IMG/VR virus record: IMGVR_UViG_3300015259_000003
Location: 1-42,517 of that record
Strand: one strand, 5' to 3'
DNA from: a virus
Taxonomy: Duplodnaviria > Caudoviricetes
Length of the DNA stretch: 42,517 bases
The notes under the pieces: model-generated
The model's database searches: none
Seen by the model: only the letters and a program-made list of their open reading frames with translations
What the model was told of the DNA's origin: nothing
Translations under genes and position numbers: made by a program
Part shown: one piece after another, positions 27,966-35,768 of the stretch
Position numbering within the stretch: the first letter of the stretch is position 1
Layout: each line of letters opens with the position of its first letter

Positions 27966-28390
27966 ACCAGAAGGAAAGAATAGAAATTCGCTGCGAAAAA
28001 AGACAAGGCTGGATTGGGGTGGACCTTGATGGTACACTTGCTGAGTACTATGGGTGGGATGGCAGACCAAAAGACGGAGGTGGTATCGGTGAGCCAGTGG
28101 AAGAAATGAGAATGAGGGTTATGTCGTGGCTTGAGGCTGGAAAAGACGTACGTATTTTCACAGCGCGCGTGGCTCCATCGCGAAATGATTCCGCTTCCAT
28201 TTTAATGGCTCAGCAGCAGTTCCACTGGATTCATGAGTGGTGTCTTGAACACCTTGGGCGTTCGCTACCTGTGGTGTGCCAGAAAGACATGGCGATGATT
28301 GAGTTATGGGACGACCGCTGCGTACAGGTGATTCCTAACACAGGCGAACCCGCTGTGAACTACAAGCCAGATGACCGAGAGGTATTCTAA
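27962..28390 (+). CDS. HAD-superfamily phosphatase (PNK phosphatase-like)
   Basis: VDLDGTLA motif I, IFTAR motif II, K...WDDR motifs III/IV. Confidence 0.85.
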   Translation: MNQKERIEIRCEKRQGWIGVDLDGTLAEYYGWDGRPKDGGGIGEPVEEMRMRVMSWLEAGKDVRIFTARVAPSRNDSASILMAQQQFHWIHEWCLEHLGRSLPVVCQKDMAMIELWDDRCVQVIPNTGEPAVNYKPDDREVF

Positions 28391-29121
28391 TGGACGCCGA
28401 AGTAAGACCGTTCCGCTGGAGCTTTAGTCAGTGGGAAACCTACGACCAGTGCCCGGCAAAGTGGAAGTACAAGTCTATTTTGCGTCTGCCAACGCTACCA
28501 CCCGGCCCAGCAGCGGCGCGCGGGCTGGACATGCACGACCGCATGGACAAGTACATCACTGGTCAGATCGAATTACCTTACGCACAGAATGGAGACCCAA
28601 ATGCCAGATTTGGTTCGAAGAAAGCGGCTCGTGTCCACGATAAATATATCCCCATTATTGACGCCTACCGTAACCATCCAAATGGTTCACGACACAGCGA
28701 AAAGAAACTTGGGTTTGATCGTGAGTGGTATCTCTGCGACCCAAAGTCAAGATTTGCATGGTGTATTGCAGTCTTGGACGGAGTGCGGTGTGAGACTGGA
28801 GGTCCACTTCGTATCGGGGAATGGAAGTCAGGCACCCCCAAGGCGCGCCATCAAGATCAGAGGAGTTTGTACGCCATATTCGGTATGAAGGCGTGGCTTT
28901 GCGATGACGTGGAAGTGACTACGTACTATTTAGAACTGCCGGATGAGAAGCCACAACGACTTATCGTGAGCGGGCAAGCCGGGTTCGAAAAGTTGAAATC
29001 CAAGTGGACATCACGAGCTGAACAGATGGAGAATGACGCTATCTGCGCTCCTCGGCCGAATGAGGGGTGCCAGTGGTGCGATTTTGCCAGGGGCAGGGGT
29101 GGGCCTTGTCAGTTTGGATGA
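28390..29121 (+). CDS. Cas4/RecB-like PD-(D/E)XK exonuclease with Fe-S cysteines
   Basis: SFSQWETYDQCP...LDG...EWKSG...Q..LY...CQWCDF...C. Confidence 0.85.
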   Translation: MDAEVRPFRWSFSQWETYDQCPAKWKYKSILRLPTLPPGPAAARGLDMHDRMDKYITGQIELPYAQNGDPNARFGSKKAARVHDKYIPIIDAYRNHPNGSRHSEKKLGFDREWYLCDPKSRFAWCIAVLDGVRCETGGPLRIGEWKSGTPKARHQDQRSLYAIFGMKAWLCDDVEVTTYYLELPDEKPQRLIVSGQAGFEKLKSKWTSRAEQMENDAICAPRPNEGCQWCDFARGRGGPCQFG

Positions 29122-29597
29122 AAAATCTCCTAGAACGGGATGATGAAGAGAAGACAGTTACGTTCGCGGTTAGACACGGCATACTGCACCTAAAGGGCAA
29201 CCGTGCTGGGAACACTGGCTGGCCCGATCAGGAGTTCTTTTTTAACAGCAGAATGGTGTTCATGGAGCTAAAGCGTCGTGGGGAAGACCTGAAGAAAAAC
29301 CAGCCTGAGCGTATTGATAAACTCGTCGGCTTAGGCTTCACAGTAGGAGTGTTTGATGATTACAGAACAGCCAGCTACTTCTTGGAAGCCACGCTCCTAT
29401 CAGAAAGCTGGTGTCAAACTTATGATCCAGCAGGCGTGTGCTGGATTGCTCTACAAGCCAGGGCTTGGAAAGACCAGCGTGGTCTATATGGCGTTCCGTA
29501 TTTTGCAGGACAAACGGTACGTTCAAAAACTCTTGTGTATCTGCCCCATACGCCCCGCGTACAATGTCTGGCCAGACCAGAAAGACAAATACGTTGA
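29118..29597 (+). CDS. VRR-NUC domain nuclease (putative resolvase)
   Basis: GWPD...FMELKR...Q motif; ATGA overlap with the exonuclease. Confidence 0.8.
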   Translation: MKNLLERDDEEKTVTFAVRHGILHLKGNRAGNTGWPDQEFFFNSRMVFMELKRRGEDLKKNQPERIDKLVGLGFTVGVFDDYRTASYFLEATLLSESWCQTYDPAGVCWIALQARAWKDQRGLYGVPYFAGQTVRSKTLVYLPHTPRVQCLARPERQIR

Positions 29598-30774
29598 ATT
29601 CAGTCATCTACGCGTCGGTGTAATGCATGGCCCTGGGAAAGAAGCAGTGCTCGCTAGTGACGACTACGACATTTATGTCATTAACCCAGAGGGTCTATCA
29701 TGGCTATTCAATGCGGAAATAAAGAAGGGAAAGATCAAACTGGACCCGGTACGGATGGCGTATTTGAAGTCCAAGTTTTCGATGCTGGTGGTGGACGAGT
29801 CGACGAAATTTCGCAATCCTCAGACAGCGCGATTCAAATTGCTGAAGGCGTTTGTGCCTTTCTTCGCACGGCGCTATATCCTGACTGGCACACCAACTCC
29901 GAAGAGTCTCCTAGACCTATTCGGGCAGATATACATCTTGGACGAAGGCGCATCACTGGGGAGATATATTACTCACTACCGAACGGCTTACTTCTATCCT
30001 TCAGGATACGGATGGTATGACTGGCAACCGCAGCCGGATGCAGCCAAACGCATTGCTAAGAAGATAGCGCCACTGTGCCAAGTGGTGGAGGCAAAAGGCA
30101 ACATTGAATTACCGGAGCTGATGTATGATGACATATGGGTTACACTCCCCAAGACTGCGCGTGAATATTACAGACGCATGGAAGACGACATGGTGGCAGC
30201 CATTGAATCTGGCACTGTGGTTGCGGCGAATGCTGCGGTTGCAAGTTCAAAGTGTCGCCAGATTGCGAACGGCTGCATTTATCACTCAGAAGAAGTTGGG
30301 CAGTATACAGAAGTCCATGACGAGAAGTTGCAAGCACTCACAGACCTACTGGAACAACTTCAAGGTGACCCCTGTCTCGTCACGTTTGAATTCGGTTTTG
30401 ATCGCGAACGCATTACTCGTGAGCTTGAGATTCCCTGCATCAGCACTGGTTCGCCGAGCCACGATTCGTTGTACATCAAGAAGTTTTCTAAAGGACTTTT
30501 ACCAGCCGTGCAGGGCCAACCTCAATCGGTGTCTCTTGGGATCGATGGGCTACAGGATAACTGTTTCCATATCGCAATGTTTGGTGTTACGTGGCGCTTG
30601 CTTGACTATGAGCAAGTGATTGACCGAGTAAGAAGATCCGGAAATAAATCAAATCATGTCATTGTCCATCGTATACTGGCACGAGATACTGTAGACGAGC
30701 GAGTACTGGAAGTGCTTGATTCTCGTGATAGAAACCAGCAGTCATTCATGAAACTACTTAAGGAATTGCGCTAG
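29353..30774 (+). CDS. SNF2-family (DEAD-like) helicase
   Basis: PRSYQ, PGLGKT, VVDEST, LTGTP, QVIDRVRRSG motifs. Confidence 0.92.
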   Translation: MMITEQPATSWKPRSYQKAGVKLMIQQACAGLLYKPGLGKTSVVYMAFRILQDKRYVQKLLCICPIRPAYNVWPDQKDKYVEFSHLRVGVMHGPGKEAVLASDDYDIYVINPEGLSWLFNAEIKKGKIKLDPVRMAYLKSKFSMLVVDESTKFRNPQTARFKLLKAFVPFFARRYILTGTPTPKSLLDLFGQIYILDEGASLGRYITHYRTAYFYPSGYGWYDWQPQPDAAKRIAKKIAPLCQVVEAKGNIELPELMYDDIWVTLPKTAREYYRRMEDDMVAAIESGTVVAANAAVASSKCRQIANGCIYHSEEVGQYTEVHDEKLQALTDLLEQLQGDPCLVTFEFGFDRERITRELEIPCISTGSPSHDSLYIKKFSKGLLPAVQGQPQSVSLGIDGLQDNCFHIAMFGVTWRLLDYEQVIDRVRRSGNKSNHVIVHRILARDTVDERVLEVLDSRDRNQQSFMKLLKELR

Positions 30775-30820
30775 GGTTTCCCCCAATGGCGTGTCTCCTG
30801 GATAAGAGCACACTTTAAAC

Positions 30821-30934
30821 AGTAGGCGATCGCTTGCACAGTGGCTGGATAGCAGAAACGTCATCTGCGAAAAGTTACGTTGAAGGACGACGGACTGGAG
30901 TAGCCTGCCAGCCACACTGCAAGCGATCACTACT
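30821..30934 (+). ncRNA. Candidate structured RNA (long stem enclosing an inner hairpin)
   Basis: GATCGCTTGCA-CA-GTGGCTGG (30828-30848) pairs with CCAGCCAC-AC-TGCAAGCGATC (30908-30928), extended by AGTAG/CTACT; inner hairpin GCAGA/TCTGC. Confidence 0.5.
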
Positions 30935-30966
30935 TGTCAATCACCACAACTGAAAGGAAATGAAGA

Positions 30967-31512
30967 ATGGCCAAGTCCCATGTGAAACCAGCAGCGAAGA
31001 CGGCCGCTGCCAAGAAACAACCTGCTAAGGTTGAAGTTGGCCCAGAAATGGGCAAAGTGGCGAAGAACATCGCTGCTGTTGCGGAAGCCCCGAAGAGCGC
31101 CCCGGCCAAGGAAGCCAAAGTTCCTCTTGCCAAGATGCGCGGCCCACGTGGCGTGGCGGAAACTGCGAAGATTCACCTGCTCTCCAAAGACAATCCCAAG
31201 CGTCCTGGCAGCAAGGCTTCCCAAGTGTTCGCGTGCTACAAGGATGGCATGACGGTCGGTGCGTTCTGTGATGCCGTTGATGCAACGCCCCAAAAGGGCC
31301 AAGCGACTCCGAACCTCGTGTATGACGCGGGCCACGGGTTCATCAGCATTGACGGTTACGACCCCGGTGAGATCATCAAGCCGAAGGAACGTGCACCAAA
31401 GGTAGAAAAGGCCCCAAAAGCCTTGTCTGGCCGCGGTGGTAAGGGGTCCGCTTCTGCTCCTAAGAAGGATGCTGAAGCGGAGGCTGATGCCAACACCGAA
31501 ATGGTGGACTGA
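30967..31512 (+). CDS. Lys/Ala-rich (histone H1-like tails) putative DNA-binding protein
   Basis: Low-complexity K/A/P arms flank the core IHLLSKDNPKRPGSKASQVFACYKDGMTV...NLVYDAGHGFISI; AAGGA RBS. Confidence 0.75.
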   Translation: MAKSHVKPAAKTAAAKKQPAKVEVGPEMGKVAKNIAAVAEAPKSAPAKEAKVPLAKMRGPRGVAETAKIHLLSKDNPKRPGSKASQVFACYKDGMTVGAFCDAVDATPQKGQATPNLVYDAGHGFISIDGYDPGEIIKPKERAPKVEKAPKALSGRGGKGSASAPKKDAEAEADANTEMVD

Positions 31513-31606
31513 ACAAGAGGTTACGCACGTCTATCCTCGGCCTGTAAGAACATGCCAGTCTGTGATCCATGGCTGGATATAGCGGGCTACAAAGTAAGTG
31601 CCGACT

Positions 31607-31629
31607 GGCCCCCGTAAGGGGCCGTTTTT
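31607..31629 (+). terminator. Rho-independent terminator just upstream of the glycosyltransferase
   Basis: GGCCCC-CGTAA-GGGGCC then GTTTTT. Confidence 0.7.
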
Positions 31630-31642
31630 ACATGGAGATATA

Positions 31643-32422
31643 ATGGACATACTCATACCCACGTACGGTCGTGCGACGTGGAGTCAGCAGCACACGGCTC
31701 GCGCACTGATAGATGACAACATTACGCCACACCTAGTTATACAGCGACGTGAGGTAGACGAATACGACCAAATTGGATTTCTTGGTGTGAACCGCAGCAT
31801 TCTGCCTGCTGGTATTCAGACCATTGGGCCTACACGTGACTATATCATTTATGACATGCTTGGAAGTGACATGGTCTGCATGCTGGACGATGACCTACAC
31901 TTCGCCGTGCGCCGTGATGACGACAGAACAAAGTTCCGGCAGCCAATACATGGTGACTTTTATCTCATGTTTGACCATATAGAAGCAGCGCTGAAAAAGC
32001 ACCCCATGGTCGGCATTGGTGCTCGCGAAGGTGGCAACCGCGTGACTGACGAAATAGTGCTGAACACACGAGTTATGCGCGTATTAGCATTCCGCAGGTC
32101 ATACCTGAAGAAACACTGCATTACCTTCAGCAAAGTTGAAGTAATGGAGGACTTCCATGTGGCTCTGAGCATCCTGCGAAGTGGTGCAGACATTTGTGTA
32201 TTGAACAACTGGGTGAGCAACCAAGCTGGGGGTAGCGGCGCGCCTGGAGGATGCAGTGCATACCGTACTCCAGCCCTCCAGACCGCCGCAGCGCACAAGC
32301 TGGCAGCGCTGCACCACGGCTTTGTCCGCGTGGTCCAGAAGGCCACGAAAGGGGCGTGGGGTGGTGGCACTCGCACGGATGTAGTGGTAAGCTGGAAGAA
32401 AGCACGGGAGTCGGCACTGTGA
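31643..32422 (+). CDS. GT-A glycosyltransferase, TET/JBP-associated (GREB1/JGT-like) type
   Basis: ILIPTYGRA, IGPTRDYI, MLDDDL (DxD), VMEDFHVAL, GGCS.YRT, VVVSWKKA motifs; GGAG RBS. Confidence 0.8.
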   Translation: MDILIPTYGRATWSQQHTARALIDDNITPHLVIQRREVDEYDQIGFLGVNRSILPAGIQTIGPTRDYIIYDMLGSDMVCMLDDDLHFAVRRDDDRTKFRQPIHGDFYLMFDHIEAALKKHPMVGIGAREGGNRVTDEIVLNTRVMRVLAFRRSYLKKHCITFSKVEVMEDFHVALSILRSGADICVLNNWVSNQAGGSGAPGGCSAYRTPALQTAAAHKLAALHHGFVRVVQKATKGAWGGGTRTDVVVSWKKARESAL

Positions 32423-32601
32423 CTGCTAAGGAAATGTATGAGAAGGCGACCTACGGGTGCCACCCTACATGGGATCAATTGGGCGAGACAACGAAAGCTA
32501 TCTGGGAAGAAAGGGGAAATCATGACAAGGATAGAGGAACTGGCGTACTGGATAAACGAGCGGTACAAGATGAAACTAAGAAAGGAAAACCCAGGAGATA
32601 A
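32419..32601 (+). CDS. Hypothetical protein, 60 aa
   Basis: GTGA overlap with the glycosyltransferase stop, GGGAG RBS; PTWDQLGETTKAIWE motif. Confidence 0.5.
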   Translation: MTAKEMYEKATYGCHPTWDQLGETTKAIWEERGNHDKDRGTGVLDKRAVQDETKKGKPRR

Positions 32602-33337
32602 TCTGTGGGCTTACGGCTGGAGCAACGACCCCTACATGGGGACAGTTCGTTACTGCAACGTTCATCGTGAAGATGACGCTGTGACAAGATGGCTGGCTGA
32701 ACATTGGAGACCGCAGCACCACGAAGTCTGGGAAATTGTGCTAGCTCGCATGGTGAACTACACACCAACTCTGGAGTATATCAACCAAGATATACTAGAC
32801 TTAGAAACAATTAAGAAGAATTTGAAGGACAGACGTGCGGCAGGTGAAAAGGTGTTCACTAGCGCTTATACAATCAGCACTTGTGGTAAGTCAATGGACA
32901 AAATTGACTATGTCATCGACTGGGTGGTGCAGGCAGTGCAAGAGCGCGGAGAGCTATGGGAAGAGCCCATTACTTTGGAGAAGTGCCACAGACAACTAAC
33001 TTACATTGACGGCCTCGGCAGTTTTTTAGCCGCGCAGGTAGTAGCAGACCTTAAGAACACGGCTGGGCACCCCCTTCAGACCGCTCCAGACTGGTGGACG
33101 TGGTGCGCCCCTGGCCCTGGTAGCCTAAAGGGGCTTCAAGCGTTCTACGGGGCTAAGATTGCTGCTAGAACATTTGCCAACGACATTAAAGAGGCATGGA
33201 TGTGTATGGAGGGGCTAATTGATAGGAGAGTGCCACGTATAGGTATGCAGGATTTCCAAAACTGCCTGTGCGAATTTTCAAAGTACGTAAGAGTCAAGGA
33301 GGGAGGTCATGTCAGAAACAGATACCCTGCGAGGTGA
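32522..33337 (+). CDS. aG/PT-pyrophosphorylase clade 1 (helical, HhH glycosylase-like) DNA hypermodification protein
   Basis: WINERY, DPYM..VRYCNVHREDD, GLGSFLAAQVVADL, GPGSLKGL, QNCLCEFSKY motifs; AGGGG RBS before ATG 32522. Confidence 0.85.
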   Translation: MTRIEELAYWINERYKMKLRKENPGDNLWAYGWSNDPYMGTVRYCNVHREDDAVTRWLAEHWRPQHHEVWEIVLARMVNYTPTLEYINQDILDLETIKKNLKDRRAAGEKVFTSAYTISTCGKSMDKIDYVIDWVVQAVQERGELWEEPITLEKCHRQLTYIDGLGSFLAAQVVADLKNTAGHPLQTAPDWWTWCAPGPGSLKGLQAFYGAKIAARTFANDIKEAWMCMEGLIDRRVPRIGMQDFQNCLCEFSKYVRVKEGGHVRNRYPAR

Positions 33338-33497
33338 ACTTCGCGTGTTGGGGCTAATTCACGGGGGTGCGGCCATCAATACAATTGTGACTTACTACGA
33401 GAACCCCGACGACTGGGTCATGAAGCAGTTTGTTTCAGAAGCCCAACTTCATCAATTTGCCAGAGATGAAATGCTGGCTGTTCGAAAGGATTCATGA
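33309..33497 (+). CDS. Hypothetical protein, 62 aa
   Basis: GGAGG RBS. Confidence 0.6.
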   Translation: MSETDTLRGELRVLGLIHGGAAINTIVTYYENPDDWVMKQFVSEAQLHQFARDEMLAVRKDS

Positions 33498-33826
33498 TGA
33501 GCTATCCAGGCGAAAGAGCGCAACAAATTAAAGTAGCTGAAGAACGGAACGGAGGAAGTGTCGTTCGCGAGAAAACTGAAATGGAGATGCAAATTGATGC
33601 AACACAGATGTCGCTTGGCAATCTTAGCAGACAATTTGAAAGATTGTTGCAAAGATGCGAAGTAGGCGGGATACTGCAAATAGCTCCACCAGAAAAGCCT
33701 AAAGAGAGCCTTAAATCAGGCGTGCCGACATCTTGCCCGTTGAGTGAGCTGATCACCCAATTTCGTCTCGGTACTGATACTGTGTGCGAGCGCATCTCTG
33801 GTCTAATTGACAGATTAGTGGTGTGA
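33494..33826 (+). CDS. Hypothetical helical protein, 110 aa
   Basis: AAGGA RBS, ATGA overlap. Confidence 0.65.
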   Translation: MMSYPGERAQQIKVAEERNGGSVVREKTEMEMQIDATQMSLGNLSRQFERLLQRCEVGGILQIAPPEKPKESLKSGVPTSCPLSELITQFRLGTDTVCERISGLIDRLVV

Positions 33827-33904
33827 CATGAGGCACACATACTCAATTCTAAGCATTGCCACTAGACACCCGCACCTATTTCAACGCATGTTCAGGAGAC
33901 AATC

Positions 33905-34879
33905 ATGATACACTGTATAACAGTACGCAATGTGAACGAGGCCTTTGTGGAGGGGTTCATACATCTGCGAACGGAAGGCATTGAAGAACCATCACGCAAT
34001 GGGCCAGTCCTAGTCGCCCCTGGCCCCGTAGTCACAACCTACACTAATCCGGAAGAACGTGTTCTCTTCAACCCAGTACGTGACGCCAACCCAGTGTTCC
34101 ATTTGATGGAGGCTATATGGATGCTGGCGGGGCAGCATCACGTTGAATGGCTGTTGCAATTTAACAAGCGATTCGCAGACTACGCTGAGCCTAATGGCGT
34201 CCAGCACGGAGCCTATGGGTATCGCTGGGCCACGCATTTCGGCATGGATCAAATCTACAATGCAATTGTTGAACTCCGACAAAACAGGGAAAGCCGGCGC
34301 GTAGTAATCGGTATGTGGGACCCAATAGCGGATCAACTCGCGCCTGTAAGAGATGTCCCATGCAACACTCACATATACCTTGATTGTCGTGGCGGCAAAC
34401 TGAACATGTCTGTCTGCAACCGCAGTAATGATATGTTGTGGGGTGCTTACGGAGCCAATGTGGTCCACATGAGCATGTTGATGGAATTAATAGCCCGTGC
34501 TGTAGGCATACCAATTGGGGAATACCGTCAATTTTCTAATAACTTCCACGTTTACACTGAGGGCTACCAAGTTCAGCATTTCCTGCGAGTTCCGCCCAGC
34601 TACGAATTTGACTTTTACTCACAGAACTTATGCCACCCGTGGCCACTGTTCGAAAGTGGGGAGACATGGGAAGATTTCACAAGTGACTGTGAGCAATTGG
34701 TGTCTGGCAGCTACCTGTACGCCACGCAATTCTTCGAGCTAGTTGCGCGGCCACTGTATGATGCATATCTTCTGCGAAAGAAAGGACTTGACATCAGCAA
34801 AAACATTGAGCAAATGCCACAGAGCAATGACTGGGTGCTGGCTTTCAAACAGTGGGTTGACAGAAGGAGTGAAACATGA
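33905..34879 (+). CDS. Thymidylate synthase homologue, probable dUMP hydroxymethylase
   Basis: SRNGPV...RDANPVFHL as in the YuA/M6-type enzyme; catalytic PCN; RSNDMLWGAYGAN with the Asn that specifies dUMP; NFHVY. Confidence 0.85.
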   Translation: MIHCITVRNVNEAFVEGFIHLRTEGIEEPSRNGPVLVAPGPVVTTYTNPEERVLFNPVRDANPVFHLMEAIWMLAGQHHVEWLLQFNKRFADYAEPNGVQHGAYGYRWATHFGMDQIYNAIVELRQNRESRRVVIGMWDPIADQLAPVRDVPCNTHIYLDCRGGKLNMSVCNRSNDMLWGAYGANVVHMSMLMELIARAVGIPIGEYRQFSNNFHVYTEGYQVQHFLRVPPSYEFDFYSQNLCHPWPLFESGETWEDFTSDCEQLVSGSYLYATQFFELVARPLYDAYLLRKKGLDISKNIEQMPQSNDWVLAFKQWVDRRSET

Positions 34880-35436
34880 GCGCAAATGACAGGCAAGTGG
34901 GTGGAAACCACTACAAAACTGGTGGAGAAGAACACTGGGACCGCGCGCATCGGCTTGGCTTGGACTACTTTCAGGCCAATATCACCAAGTATGTGGAACG
35001 AGCGTGGCTGAAGAACGGAACGGAGGACTTGAAGAAGGCCCGTCACTATCTGGACAAGTACATTGAGCTACAGGGTGGTGAACAGACAGGCCCAGTGATC
35101 ACTGGACTGGTGTTCAAGGGTAAGACATACGATTTGTTTGAAGCACAGGCGCTACTGGCGTCCATGGAGTCTGCTGAACCTACTAAGCCTCCAGGCGGAG
35201 CCATGAGCCCAAGCGTGGACTTCGTGCAAACACACTCCGACGATGTGTGGCAGTGTGAGGGCTACTACGGAGACGGCACGCAATTGTACCGGCATAGGGT
35301 AGACCGCAAGCTGATTAGGTGCCAAGCTCTTAGTATCGCTTACGAACTACATGCAGCGCAAGCAAGTCAGGAGGCACAGATGCGTGCCGCACTGGACTGG
35401 CGCTCGTCGCTGGTGCTCGCGGACGCTGGGGTCTAG
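34876..35436 (+). CDS. DUF3310 domain protein (T7 gp1.7 nucleotide-kinase related) with C-terminal extension
   Basis: QVGGNHYK...NITKYVER...KNGTEDLKKARHYLD. Confidence 0.8.
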   Translation: MSANDRQVGGNHYKTGGEEHWDRAHRLGLDYFQANITKYVERAWLKNGTEDLKKARHYLDKYIELQGGEQTGPVITGLVFKGKTYDLFEAQALLASMESAEPTKPPGGAMSPSVDFVQTHSDDVWQCEGYYGDGTQLYRHRVDRKLIRCQALSIAYELHAAQASQEAQMRAALDWRSSLVLADAGV

Positions 35437-35492
35437 GGCGCTAAGGAGCACGTGTTAACCCGTTGTTCTAGAGCGTGCTAGAGGGCCACGGG

Positions 35493-35768
35493 CTACAGCC
35501 CCCGTGGCCCCGGCACCGCGCCAGCCTGCTCCCCGGCGCTGTACCCATCTAGAAAAGCGCGCTGTAAGTTCATTAGCAGCGCGCGGTTTGTGACAACAAT
35601 ACAGCCACCGCCAGACTCGCAGACATACTGCATGGCGCGCTTGTGTTCTTCTACATCAAGCGTTGCACACCCTGACACTAGAACTACGGCCGCCGCTCGA
35701 AGTGCGGCACGTCTAAGAAACTTGTCCAATTTCCGCCCCACGAATTCTTGGGATTCAAACTTTCCCAA
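35493..35768 (-). CDS. Putative lipoprotein downstream of the endolysin (start uncertain)
   Basis: RRAALRAAAVVLVSG|C lipobox; overlaps the endolysin 3' end. Confidence 0.5.
   Translation of the reverse strand: MGKFESQEFVGRKLDKFLRRAALRAAAVVLVSGCATLDVEEHKRAMQYVCESGGGCIVVTNRALLMNLQRAFLDGYSAGEQAGAVPGPRGL

Noticed and set aside
28390-29121. CRISPR-associated cas4
   Set aside because: No array or other cas genes; solo Cas4-like exonucleases are routine in phage replication modules
30845-30910. Hammerhead ribozyme (CTGGATA-stem-GAAA)
   Set aside because: The core deviates from CUGANGA at two invariant positions and no proper UH cleavage site with stem I is formed; kept only as an unclassified structure
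31516-31545. preQ1-I riboswitch (AGAGGTT...CCTC)
   Set aside because: Lacks the A-rich 3' tail and loop consensus; no queuosine or deazaguanine genes present
33905-34879. dCMP hydroxymethylase (T4-like hmC/glucosyl-hmC system)
   Set aside because: The specificity residue after RSND..WG is Asn (GAN), as in dUMP enzymes, not Asp; no dCTPase is seen
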